From Eggerthellaceae bacterium (GTDB lineage Bacteria > Bacillota > Clostridia > Christensenellales > UBA1242), in the NCBI GenBank assembly GCA_963602685.1, contig CAVCJG010000001.1, positions 122,683 through 186,682 on the forward strand: a stretch of 64,000 bases of DNA, written 5' to 3'. Under the pieces are notes generated by a model. That model ran no database searches. It was not told the origin of the DNA and was given only the letters and a program-made list of their open reading frames with translations. The number at the start of each line of letters is the position of its first letter. Positions within the stretch are counted from its first letter, which is position 1. Position numbers and translations under genes: made by a program. Below are positions 6,585-16,500 of the stretch, in pieces.

Positions 6585-9500
6585 ATGATAAAGACAAAGG
6601 CAAACGTAATTAAAATTCTTTTTATCGTTTTATTGTCGCTGTTGATGATGACAGGCGGCATAGTCTTTTTATGCAGTGAAGTCTCAACTCCGCCATCTCA
6701 AATGGAAGAACAAGTCGACGAAGTTAAAGCTGCAACCAACAACAACTATATTAGATGGACATCTTATGGTGCAAATGGACAAATTGGTTCTAATTTTGGT
6801 GGCTATGTATGGTCGGGATATGCAGGAGCTCAAAATTATAGAGGTGGTTTTGGAAAGACTGCTACTCAATCTACCGGCACTGATAGTAGTTCACTTACAA
6901 GAATTGCGGGGCAGTCGAATAGAGGTATCGTATTTAACACAGCGGTCACCAATTACAAAACAGGCCTCAGAGCTGGAGTATTAAGAATTTACTCCGATGG
7001 GAATCTATATGCTGCGGTTAGCTTGGATAGCTTAAGTGGAACAAGTGCTGAACGTGGAAGCATAAATTATAAAAACGATATATATTGGGATGTTTATTTA
7101 TATTATACCATCGCCTATACGGTAACTTGGAGTTATTGGCCTACAGAATATGGAAGTTTGCTTCATTACGATAAAAACTCACTAGTATATAGATATGATA
7201 CATCATCAGGTAGTGGCCAATGGTGGTGGACTGTTGATGGCGAGACTCAGCATGGAAGTCCATTGCTTCCATCGCGAACGGGTTATGCTTTTTCGGGACT
7301 GCAGACATCAAGTGGGCAAAAAATTATCAACTCTTCTATGGGCTGGGCAGGCTATTGGAATGCCAGCACAGCATATTGGGCACAATTATACGATAGTTGG
7401 ACACCATATACATATGAAGTCACTGCAAATGCAAATGGTGGTTCAATTCCTTCAACATCAGGTTGGAGTGGAACAGGTTCAACAGCAACAAAAACTGTTA
7501 CTTTTGATTCAACGTATGGCACACTTCCAACTCCAACCAGGACAGGTTATACATTTGGTGGCTGGTATACATCTTCAACTGGCGGGACAAAAATTGAGTC
7601 GAGCACAACGGTAAAAACAGCCAGTGATCATACAATTTATGCACATTGGACTGTAAATAATTATAACCTTAAAGTAGATCCAGCATCAGGTTCGTATAAC
7701 AATTCAACAGGTCTTACTTCAATTACACAAAATTACGGAACATCTTATACATACTTAACTCCAACAAAAACAGGATATAACTTTGACGGATGGCACACAG
7801 GCCAAAATTATTTGAGTTCGGCAAAAACATTTGACGGCTCATCTACATATGTTGCAGTCGGTCGTTCGCCTATGTATACAAGTGGCATTTCGGTTGCCGT
7901 CAGGGCAACTATGGACAGCTGGAGCGATTTTAAGACAAGTAATATGCGGCTAGTCTCCTGCACGGAAAGCGGTGGCTGGAACTTTGAGCCAAACGGCGAA
8001 TATGTCCAGTTTGCGTGTTATGACAGCGGTGTGGGATACAAATCCGCTAAAGCAAGCATAAAATGGTCCGATTTAGCGACGGGATATCACACTTTCACAG
8101 GAACTTTTGATGGTGAATATGCAAGAGTTTATATCGATGGTAAACTATATGGAACTTCAGCAAAATTCACATCTGGTAAAATTGGCTATCACGCGTCAAA
8201 CGGAATATTTATTGGTGCGGAAGCGGGCTCAAATGCGACAACTCCTGCGGGAAATTACTTTAAAGGAACTATTGACTATGTAGCAATTTCAAACAGTGGC
8301 ACAGTGTCAAAGCCAACATCGTTTACTTTCCCAGCTTACAACTCGGCATCAACAGCGCAATGGACAGCAAAAACATTTACTTTGACATTTGATGGCAATG
8401 GTGGCGGAACACCTAGCCCAACATCTAAAACTATCACATATGACAGCACTTATGGCACATTAGCGTCGGTTTCACGAACAGGTTACACCTTTAGTGGCTG
8501 GTGGACGGCTGCATCGGGTGGATCGCAGATAACGGAAAGCACAAAAGTGACCGTTACTGCCAACCAAACCGTCTATGCTCACTGGACAGTAAACAACTAT
8601 AATTTAACTCTTGCGCCAAACAGCGGATATTATGAATCGAGCAATGCTAATCGAACATATTCGGGGGCGTATGGTTCGACATCGTATTTTGGAGCGCCAC
8701 TCCGAACAGGTTATACGTTTGAAGGTTACACGCTTAGTGGGGCGGGCACACTTTCCGAACGCAAAGCGTCATCAGGATTTTCTTCAGCGACATTAAAAAG
8801 CGACGCCAACGGCGCGTATTACAATTATACTTTCTCAGGAACTCGACCAAGCAGTGACAGTTGGCCAAGCATACAGTATCCGGCGTATTCGTTTACCGCG
8901 GGGAAGACGTATGTGTTAAGCTTGAAAATAAGAGTCAATTCAACAACTGACGGCTTTTCAATTCGTCACGCGTCAATCTCAAACGACTGGGTTTGCCCAA
9001 TGCGCGGCTTTAGTAGTTCAACAAGCGGCTGGGTTGATGTAACGCTGGAACAAACGATCGGCGAAAATTACACGCGTTCAGGCACGTCTTATACATCGTC
9101 GCCACGACTTGAAATCTATATGAATTCAACCAAGGCAACAGGGTCGAACGGAACAACTTATAAAGTAGACTTTGATATTAGAAATATAGTTGTATATGAA
9201 AAAATATCAGGTCAAACCGCTTTTTCATCAATCTCTTACACTTACGGTGCAGACGCCGGAACAATAACAGCCAACTGGCAAGTTAAAAATTACAGCGTAA
9301 GCATCGATCCAAATGGCGGAACATACAGCGGAAGCACGGCAGCAAAAAGCGTAAGCGGAAACTACGGAACTACAACAACAATTTCAGATCCTACTAGAAC
9401 TGGCTACACCTTTGCTGGTTGGATTGCAACAAAAACAGATCTCAGCACAACATGGGCGCAAATTCTCTATCACGATACGGTTTATGGCACAAGTCTGTTT

Positions 9501-11882
9501 GCGTCCAGCGACGATTTAGCGTCAAAGGTTGTCAACACAACAACTAAAAACAGCCAATTTGCAACACTCGCAAAACTTAATTTGACAAGTTATGAGTTCT
9601 TGCTTCAATATCATCATACTTTGCAAACCGGAAGCTCAATGTATGCGAGAGAATACAACCGCTGGAAGCAAACATCAAATCCAGCAACGACTTCTGAATC
9701 CGTGAGCGGATATCAGGCGGTTTCAATTTCATGGAATACAAATACAAATTCATCGGCATTCCAAGGAATTGCTAAATCAAATTATTCTGGCACATTCATT
9801 GATGGAACAATCGGACATTCAAATTGGTTCTATGCGTTGGGCGCATCTGAAGCATGGAACGGGGGAATCCCAGGACCAAGCAGCGCCGAAACAAACATTG
9901 TAACCTTGTATCTTGCAACTGACAGCTCGCTGTCAAACTTTAAACCAACAGCAACATTCAAAGATGCGGATGCCTTAGGCTCGGACAACAAATATTACTT
10001 TAAAGACGAATCAGTAACTCTTAAAGCGCTTTGGATTGTAAACAGCTACACACTTACCGCAAAGGCAAATTCAGGATCAATCAAAGCAACGACAGGTTGG
10101 ACTGGCACTGGCACAACTGCAACAAAATCGGTGACATATAATACTGCATACGGAACTTTGCCAACAGTAGAAAGAACAGGATATGGATTTGCTGGTTGGT
10201 ATACAGCAGCAACAGGTGGAACAAAGGTTGATGCCAACACAAAAATAGGGGCAGCAAACGCAACTATTTACGCTCATTGGAGCATAAATTCATACACGCT
10301 TTATGCAAATTGCAATGGCGGATCAGCCCCAAGCACGCTTCCAACAGGATGGACAGCAAATGGAACGATGCCACAACGCTCAGTCAATTACAACGATACG
10401 TATGGAACACTTCCAGAGCCAACAAGACAAGGATATATCTTCGCCGGTTGGTGGACACAAGCAAGTGGCGGAAGTGAAGTGTATAATGGTACAAGAATGG
10501 GTGCGGCAGACGCTACAATCTATGCTCATTGGGTAGAAAGCTGGGTTAAATATATGTCAAGTGACAATCCTGTAATAGATCAAGCGGATGGTTATTACAA
10601 AATCGATTCAGCTGAAAGACTTGCACGTCTTGCATACCTTGTAAATTACAACATTGACAACGGCAAATGGGCAAGTTATAAATACAAACAAACCGCAGAT
10701 ATTGACCTTTCAGCACACTATTGGCAACCTATTGGATTGGAGACATATCCATTTTGTGGGACATTTGATGGCACCACATTTGATATTCACAACATGAAGA
10801 CATATTGCGAATCGGAATATTACTATTACTATAATACATATTTAGCTCAAGGTTTATTTGGAGTAGGAAGATCTATAAAAGTCTTGAATGTAAATATATA
10901 TGACGTTAATGTAAAAGGCAATGGAGCAGGTATTGTAGCTAAATGGGACAAAAATACAAGCGATAACAAAATTACAAATTGCCGAGTAACTGGTAAAATA
11001 AATGGTGATAACACAGGAGGTATCCTGGGAGATTCATATGGTGATGGAGTAATATCTAAATGCGAAAATTATGCAGACATTTATTCTGAAGACAGCACTT
11101 CTGGTGGAATCGTAGCTAGTAATTATTCACAAAATAGTTTTATAGTGTCGGAATGCGTAAATTATGGTGAAATCCATGCGTCAGGTGATGCAACAGGCGG
11201 TGGAATAATCGGAATTTGTGATGTCGGTACTGTAGAAAATTGTGTAAATTATGGTGACGTCGGAGATTATGGTGATACAGGTGGTATTGTAGGATTTGCA
11301 ATAAAAAATGTAACCATTAGAAATTGTATAAATAACGCAGATGTCATTGGCGCTTATGAGGTCGGTGGTATTCTTGGTGGAGCGAACAACAGTGTTTCTA
11401 TTAGCAATTGTATAAATATCGGAAGCTTAACAAATGAACAAGGATCGGTCGGCGGCATAGTTGGTGAAAACTATGGCGGCCAAGTTTCAATCGAGTCTTG
11501 TTTTGCTGATTGCCAAGTTGTGATCGGGGAAAAAGTTGGTGCGATTTTAGGTTCAACAGATACTTCTGATGTAACTATTACATATTGTGGCGCTAGAATA
11601 ACTATTCTTACGACAATAGCAAATGTGGGGGCATTCTACAATGCTGATAGTGGAGTGACTGTGACGTGCAATGATTCTTATTCACTTGTCAATAACAATG
11701 GAACAAAAATCAACCGCATCACTGCAACAAGCAGCGGAATGGATGGTAAGTTTGGAATGGTTTCATCAATTCATGATGGATTGCCAGTTCCACTTGGAAT
11801 CTACCATGTAAGCCAATATGGAACAACAAAAGGCATTGCTTCTACCTTAAAGGGAAGCAAATACGGCTGCACAACCGCTTAA
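6585..11882 (+). CDS. giant surface protein A (1765 aa): N-terminal membrane anchor, Listeria-Bacteroides (InlB B-type) repeats, LamG-like module, C-terminal GLUG repeats
   Basis: The N-terminal hydrophobic segment is ILFIVLLSLLMMTGGIVFLC. Repeats of the form TRTGYTFxGWYTxxxGGTKxxxxTxxxxxxxxIYAHW recur many times. The LamG-like region runs FDGSSTYVAV..YFKGTIDYVAISN. GG(I/L)(V/L/I)G motifs recur in the last ~300 aa. Confidence 0.9.
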   Translation: MIKTKANVIKILFIVLLSLLMMTGGIVFLCSEVSTPPSQMEEQVDEVKAATNNNYIRWTSYGANGQIGSNFGGYVWSGYAGAQNYRGGFGKTATQSTGTDSSSLTRIAGQSNRGIVFNTAVTNYKTGLRAGVLRIYSDGNLYAAVSLDSLSGTSAERGSINYKNDIYWDVYLYYTIAYTVTWSYWPTEYGSLLHYDKNSLVYRYDTSSGSGQWWWTVDGETQHGSPLLPSRTGYAFSGLQTSSGQKIINSSMGWAGYWNASTAYWAQLYDSWTPYTYEVTANANGGSIPSTSGWSGTGSTATKTVTFDSTYGTLPTPTRTGYTFGGWYTSSTGGTKIESSTTVKTASDHTIYAHWTVNNYNLKVDPASGSYNNSTGLTSITQNYGTSYTYLTPTKTGYNFDGWHTGQNYLSSAKTFDGSSTYVAVGRSPMYTSGISVAVRATMDSWSDFKTSNMRLVSCTESGGWNFEPNGEYVQFACYDSGVGYKSAKASIKWSDLATGYHTFTGTFDGEYARVYIDGKLYGTSAKFTSGKIGYHASNGIFIGAEAGSNATTPAGNYFKGTIDYVAISNSGTVSKPTSFTFPAYNSASTAQWTAKTFTLTFDGNGGGTPSPTSKTITYDSTYGTLASVSRTGYTFSGWWTAASGGSQITESTKVTVTANQTVYAHWTVNNYNLTLAPNSGYYESSNANRTYSGAYGSTSYFGAPLRTGYTFEGYTLSGAGTLSERKASSGFSSATLKSDANGAYYNYTFSGTRPSSDSWPSIQYPAYSFTAGKTYVLSLKIRVNSTTDGFSIRHASISNDWVCPMRGFSSSTSGWVDVTLEQTIGENYTRSGTSYTSSPRLEIYMNSTKATGSNGTTYKVDFDIRNIVVYEKISGQTAFSSISYTYGADAGTITANWQVKNYSVSIDPNGGTYSGSTAAKSVSGNYGTTTTISDPTRTGYTFAGWIATKTDLSTTWAQILYHDTVYGTSLFASSDDLASKVVNTTTKNSQFATLAKLNLTSYEFLLQYHHTLQTGSSMYAREYNRWKQTSNPATTSESVSGYQAVSISWNTNTNSSAFQGIAKSNYSGTFIDGTIGHSNWFYALGASEAWNGGIPGPSSAETNIVTLYLATDSSLSNFKPTATFKDADALGSDNKYYFKDESVTLKALWIVNSYTLTAKANSGSIKATTGWTGTGTTATKSVTYNTAYGTLPTVERTGYGFAGWYTAATGGTKVDANTKIGAANATIYAHWSINSYTLYANCNGGSAPSTLPTGWTANGTMPQRSVNYNDTYGTLPEPTRQGYIFAGWWTQASGGSEVYNGTRMGAADATIYAHWVESWVKYMSSDNPVIDQADGYYKIDSAERLARLAYLVNYNIDNGKWASYKYKQTADIDLSAHYWQPIGLETYPFCGTFDGTTFDIHNMKTYCESEYYYYYNTYLAQGLFGVGRSIKVLNVNIYDVNVKGNGAGIVAKWDKNTSDNKITNCRVTGKINGDNTGGILGDSYGDGVISKCENYADIYSEDSTSGGIVASNYSQNSFIVSECVNYGEIHASGDATGGGIIGICDVGTVENCVNYGDVGDYGDTGGIVGFAIKNVTIRNCINNADVIGAYEVGGILGGANNSVSISNCINIGSLTNEQGSVGGIVGENYGGQVSIESCFADCQVVIGEKVGAILGSTDTSDVTITYCGARITILTTIANVGAFYNADSGVTVTCNDSYSLVNNNGTKINRITATSSGMDGKFGMVSSIHDGLPVPLGIYHVSQYGTTKGIASTLKGSKYGCTTA
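7829..8300 (+). other. LamG / concanavalin-A-like lectin module inside protein A (absent from protein B)
   Basis: The pattern FDGSSTYVAVG..MRLVSCTESGGW..YHTFTGTFDGEYARVYIDGKLYG..IFIGAEAG..YFKGTIDYVAISN is typical of Laminin_G_3-type domains. Confidence 0.55.
8571..10808 (+). repeat. long paralogous segment shared with 42541..44780 (direct orientation)
   Basis: About 745 codons align colinearly with protein B, mostly identical residues by eye (HWTVNNY..SERKASSGF..QVKNYSVSIDPNGGTY..YKYKQTADIDLSAHYWQPIG..HNMKTYC). Confidence 0.9.
10850..11600 (+). repeat. GLUG-type repeat region of protein A
   Basis: Motifs such as GAGIVA, TGGILGD, SGGIVAS, GGGIIGI, TGGIVGF, VGGILGG and VGGIVGE recur roughly every 20-25 aa. 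Confidence 0.6.
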
Positions 11883-11931
11883 ACGTGCATAATGTCCCTC
11901 TTTTTGCGCATGCTAATAAAGGGAGGGAAGC

Positions 11932-12105
11932 ATGAAAGAAACTTTAATGTTGATGGGCTTCGGTATGGGGCTTGTCACCGGTATGCTTTTATACAAATAT
12001 TCACCTTGCACAAAACAAGCTGTTGACAAGGGCGAAAAAGCGGTTATGAAAGAGGTTGAAAAGGCGACAAGTGCAGTAAAACAAGCTCAAAAGAAATCTA
12101 AATAA
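11932..12105 (+). CDS. small membrane protein (57 aa), below the track length cutoff
   Basis: RBS GGGAGGGAAGC precedes the ATG at 11932. The product is MKETLMLMGFGMGLVTGMLLYKY.. followed by a Lys/Glu-rich tail. No convincing terminator separates it from gene A; a terminator follows it. Confidence 0.5.
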   Translation: MKETLMLMGFGMGLVTGMLLYKYSPCTKQAVDKGEKAVMKEVEKATSAVKQAQKKSK

Positions 12106-12106
12106 C

Positions 12107-12144
12107 AAAAAAAGCAAGGGTTGATTCCTTGCTTTTATTTTTTT
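12107..12144 (+). terminator. rho-independent terminator (bidirectional context with SRP RNA 3' end)
   Basis: Stem agcaagg/ccttgct with loop gttgatt, then TTTTATTTTTTT. The A-run that follows serves the minus-strand RNA. Confidence 0.7.
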
Positions 12145-12151
12145 AAAAAAA

Positions 12152-12418
12152 CCGAGCAAATGCTTTGTCAATGTTAAACCAGCTGCCACAAACATTGCTG
12201 GCTCCACCAAAGTTTCCTCATGGCACACAGTTGGATTCCCTTAATGATGCTTCCGTCAGGACCTGACATGGTTCAGGAGCAACTGTTGCATAAGACCTTG
12301 ATTTCAACGCCAATAAAGTTTGCACATTTCCGACCTAACAAAGCCTAGGCAAGCGTTCAATCCTGCTGTAGCGGGTTGCAGGTTACAGGGCACCGCTAAC
12401 TCCCCATCTAGCTCGGTT
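12152..12418 (-). ncRNA. ffs: signal recognition particle RNA, long Bacillus-type (scRNA with Alu domain)
   Basis: The reverse complement contains GGGGAGTTAGCGGTGCCCTGTAACCTGCAACCCGCT and GAACCATGTCAGGTCCTGACGGAAGCATCATTAAGG. These closely match the 5' Alu and domain IV regions of B. subtilis scRNA. The ends CCGAGC/GCTCGG pair and a T7 run follows. Length about 267 nt. Confidence 0.85.
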
Positions 12419-12544
12419 CAATTATTATATACTAAAATAATTAAAAAATCAAGAAAAACGTTTCGCATTTTTTGTAAATTAATATATACTAATAGAGAAT
12501 GATTTAAGCATTTTTTGCTTACAAAACAACTTACAGGGGTGACT

Positions 12545-13267
12545 ATGGAAGAAAAATCTAAGGCCGAAAGATTTCTTGACGCGTTTAACAACATTGATTA
12601 TTCACTCAGAGCAAGATACAATCTTAACCGCAGCATGAGCTTTTCAGATTTGATTAGAAAATGCGTTAGTTTAAATTATGTCGTAAGAAAATACGAAGAC
12701 GATTTGATTGATTATGGCAGACTTCGCAACGCTATTGTGCATCAGGGAAACAAAGATTATATAATTGCCGAACCACACGAAAACATCGTTTCGCATATTG
12801 AAAAAATTGAGCATTTAATCAATGTTCCACCAAAAGTAATTGATATTTGCCGAAGAGATGTGCTTTCTGCCTCAGCTGGCTCGTCAATGGAAGATATTAT
12901 CAAATTGATTTCGTCGTCGAAATATTCAAATATTCCTATCTATGAAGGTAAAACATTGATTGGAATTGCAAACGGACAGAAAATTCTTGACAGTTTTGGT
13001 CAATATTTAATTTCAGGTGGCAAAGCAACAACATTTTTAAAGCATATGCAAATTGAAGATTTGCTCACTAAAATTGAAGATTCAAATTATTACGAAGTTT
13101 GCCCAGTGGATTTGACAATCGAAGAAGCACTTACTAAATTCCACAATAATCCAAAACTTTTGGTTATACTTTTGACAAAAACAGGGGGCTACAATGAAAA
13201 CCCTGTCGGAATTGTCACTGGTGCAGATTCAATAACTATGAACAAGGTTCTTGACAACTTTAATTAG
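12545..13267 (+). CDS. CBS-pair protein with N-terminal HEPN-like (Rx4H) helical domain
   Basis: There are two CBS motifs (VIDICRRDVLSASAGSSMEDII..IPIYEGKTLIGIANGQKIL and IEDLL..VCPVDLTIEEAL..NPVGIVTGADSI). The N-terminal ~95 aa contain YGRLRNAIVHQ. The ATG at 12545 has RBS AGGGGTGA; the upstream TTG at 12515 is less likely. Confidence 0.7.
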   Translation: MEEKSKAERFLDAFNNIDYSLRARYNLNRSMSFSDLIRKCVSLNYVVRKYEDDLIDYGRLRNAIVHQGNKDYIIAEPHENIVSHIEKIEHLINVPPKVIDICRRDVLSASAGSSMEDIIKLISSSKYSNIPIYEGKTLIGIANGQKILDSFGQYLISGGKATTFLKHMQIEDLLTKIEDSNYYEVCPVDLTIEEALTKFHNNPKLLVILLTKTGGYNENPVGIVTGADSITMNKVLDNFN

Positions 13268-13296
13268 TTGACAAAAACAGTTGTCAGTGCTAAAAT
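13268..13296 (+). promoter_or_regulatory. promoter of ileS T-box leader
   Basis: TTGACA (13268-13273), a 17-nt spacer, then an extended -10 TGcTAAAAT (13288-13296). Confidence 0.6.
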
Positions 13297-13309
13297 ATTC
13301 GCGTAAATA

Positions 13310-13552
13310 AAAAACGTTGATGAAAGACACGATTTTTAAAATCATTCTTCACAGAGAGTTGCAGGTTGGTGAAATGCAATAAGAATATTTAAAAACCATC
13401 ACTTTCGGAGTTGCAAAGTTGAAAGCATGCGCATGCGTGCAATTAGACTGCGCCGGCGTCTTCCCGTAACAGAAGAGGTGTGTCAACAGGCACGCAGGCA
13501 TTACAAGTGGTTAACCCTCGGCGGTCTTGTATCTGCCGAGGATTTTTATTTT
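13310..13552 (+). promoter_or_regulatory. T-box riboswitch leader, isoleucine specifier (AUC)
   Basis: The stem I elements cAGAGAG and GGTTGGTGAAA are present. The candidate specifier is ATC-A at 13398-13401. A T-box-like GTGGTTAACCCTCGG overlaps the terminator stem cctcggc/gccgagg, which is followed by TTTTTATTTTT. The leader lies directly upstream of ileS. Confidence 0.8.
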
Positions 13553-13564
13553 TAGGAGAAGAAA

Positions 13565-16500
13565 ATGAAAAAAGAACAAACCATGCCAAATTTTATTGAA
13601 ATGGAACACAACATTCTTGATTATTGGAAGCAAAATGATTCTTTCAAGAAGTTGGTCGCAAAAAATGCAGGACATGAACGCTTTAAGTTTTTAGATGGCC
13701 CAGCAACGGCAAACAACCGTCTTGGAGTTCACCATTTCTGGGGAAGAACGCTTAAAGATTTGACAATCAGATACAATGCTTTGAAAGGCAAAGATTGCCA
13801 ATATCAAAACGGCTTTGATGGACAAGGTCTTTGGGTTGAAGTCAACATGGAAAAAGAATTGGGACTCAACGGAAAACCTGAAATCATCAAATATGGCGTT
13901 GACAAATTTACTAACAAATGCATCGAACGTGTTGCATATTTTGGCAAGGAAATAACAAATCAGTCAATCCGCATGGGACAATGGATGGACTGGGACAACA
14001 GTTATTACACAAATACTGACGAAAACATCACTTCAATTTGGTATTTCTTGAAAGAATGTGCTCGCCGTGGCTGGCTTGTTCGTAAAAACAGACCTATCGC
14101 ATGGTGCCCACGTTGCGGAACAAGCATCAGCGAGCACGAAATGTCTTCGTCCTATCACGAAGTAGAACACACCGCGCTTTTTGTTAAACTTCCAGTAAAA
14201 GGCAAAAACTTTAAAATTGTTGCATGGACAACCACTCCATGGACGCTTTCAGCCAATGTAGCACTTGCAGTAAATCCAGAGTTTGAATATGTTGAAGTGG
14301 ATTATCACGGCGAACATATTTTGATTGGCAAAGACAGATATAAAGCGGTTTTAAAAGAAGATGTGCCAGTTGTGGCAACCTATAAAGGCAGCGACCTTGT
14401 TGGGCTTGAATACGAAACCTGCTTCCCAGAATTTTCTGAACAACAATTCACGCATAAAGTTGTGGCGTGGGATATGGTTGACAATGCAGAAGGAACATGC
14501 GTTGTTCACATCGCGCCTGGCTGCGGAGCGGAAGACTTTGAACTTGGCCAAACACTTTCACTTCCTGAAATTTGTCCAATAAACGAACAAGGCGTTATGC
14601 TTGAAAACACAGGATTTATGGCAGGAAAGAAAACAACAGAAGTTGTTGACCTTGTTGTAGACAGGTTAAAACGCGACGGCAAACTTTTGTATGCGCACAA
14701 ATATAAGCACAGTTATCCTTATTGCTGGCGTTGCAAAACCGACCTTGTATACAAACTTATTTCGGCTTGGTATATCAAAATGGACGAAATCCGCCCGCTC
14801 GCGCTTAAAGCAATCGAAGAGGTTGAATTTAAACCTGAATTTGCTAAAAAACGTATGATTGATTGGCTTAACAACATGGGCGATTGGAACATTTCGCGCA
14901 GCCGTTTTTATGGGCTTCCTCTTCCATTCTACGTTTGCGAAAAATGCGGAAAAATCCATGTGATTGGCTCGAAAGAAGAACTTAGAGAAAAGGCAGTAAA
15001 TCCTGCGCTTGTTGACGCTCTTCCTTCAATCCACAAACCTTGGATTGACGACATTAAAATCAAATGTGATTGCGGCGCTGAAATATCACGTGTGCCAGAA
15101 GTCGGAGACGTTTGGCTTGACGCGGGTATCACACCTTTCAGCACGAAAAAATATTTCACAGACAAAAACTTCTTCAACGCAAACTTCCCAAGTGATTATG
15201 TTTGCGAAATGATTGAACAAATCAAACTTTGGTTCTATTCTTTGCTTATCATGAGCGTTGTTCTCACAGGCAAAGCCCCATACAAAAAAGTTGTAACTTA
15301 TCAATATGTAAAAGACGAAAATGGTGGCGAGTTCCACAAGAGCGGCGGAAACACGCTTGAAGCGGACGTAATTGCCGACAAGGTTGGGGCAGACGTGATT
15401 AGATATTTGTATGCTTCGTCAAGCCCAGCCAACGACATGAGATTCGGCTTTTCACTTACTGATGACGCGCGCAGAAAATTGATTGCGTTCTGGAACGTTT
15501 ACACATTCTTTAACACATATGCTTGCATTGACAACCCAGACGTTGCTCACTTTACTCCTTCTGAAAAAGATTTGACAATCACAGACAAGTGGCTGATTCA
15601 AAGCATAAACAAGTTTATCAAAGCATCAGACGTAAATTACGCCGACGACAAATGCTTCTTGGTTGTAAAAGACTTTGAAAAACTTGTTGACGATATTTCA
15701 AACTTCTATATCCGCGCCAACAGAAAACGCTTCTGGAAGAGCGAAAACAAAGTCGACCAACTTGCCGCTTATTGGTGCTTGTATTATGCAATCAAATCTA
15801 TGATTAGAGTTATGGCGCCAGTTATTCCATTCCTTAGCGAACACATTTGGCAAAACCTTGTAAGAGAAGTAGAGCCAAACGAAGCCGAAAATGTTATGCT
15901 GTCGGGCTATCCAACAGCCATCTATGACAAAGATTTCGGCGACATTTTAGAAAACGCAGCAGTGGCAAGAGATGTTATGTCAACCGCTCAACGCCTTAGA
16001 AACGAAAACCAAATCAAAGTTAAACAACCTTTGAAAAAGATGTATGTTGCAGGCGGGGCAAACACTGTTAAGGTGCTTGAAGATTTTGACAGCATCATCA
16101 AAAGCGAACTTAACGTTAAAGAACTTGAATGCGTTAAAGACGATTCACTTTTCAACGACGAATATCTTTCAGTAAACTTCAAAAAGGCGGGGGCAGTTTT
16201 GAAGGGCGACGTTCAAGCGCTTAAAAACGAACTTGCATCTGTTTCGGATTGGTCAAAAATTATGAGCGATTACAAAACAGGCAAGGTTAGCGTTGGACGC
16301 TTTGAAAATCTGGATAGCGAACTTTTCAACCTTGAAAAGAAACCAAGACAAGACTTTGTGATTGCACACGAAAATGGCAATACAGTTGTGCTTGACATAA
16401 ACCTTGACCCAGAACTTTATATGGAAGGGCTTTATCGTGAATTTGTCCGCGGACTTCAAGTTATGAGAAAAGAAGCAGACTTTGCAATCGACGAACGCAT

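Noticed and set aside
12001-12502. Track ORFs 12001..12228 (-) and 12320..12502 (+)
   Set aside because: Both overlap the SRP RNA gene or its terminator region. They have no RBS, and their sequences are explained by the structured RNA.
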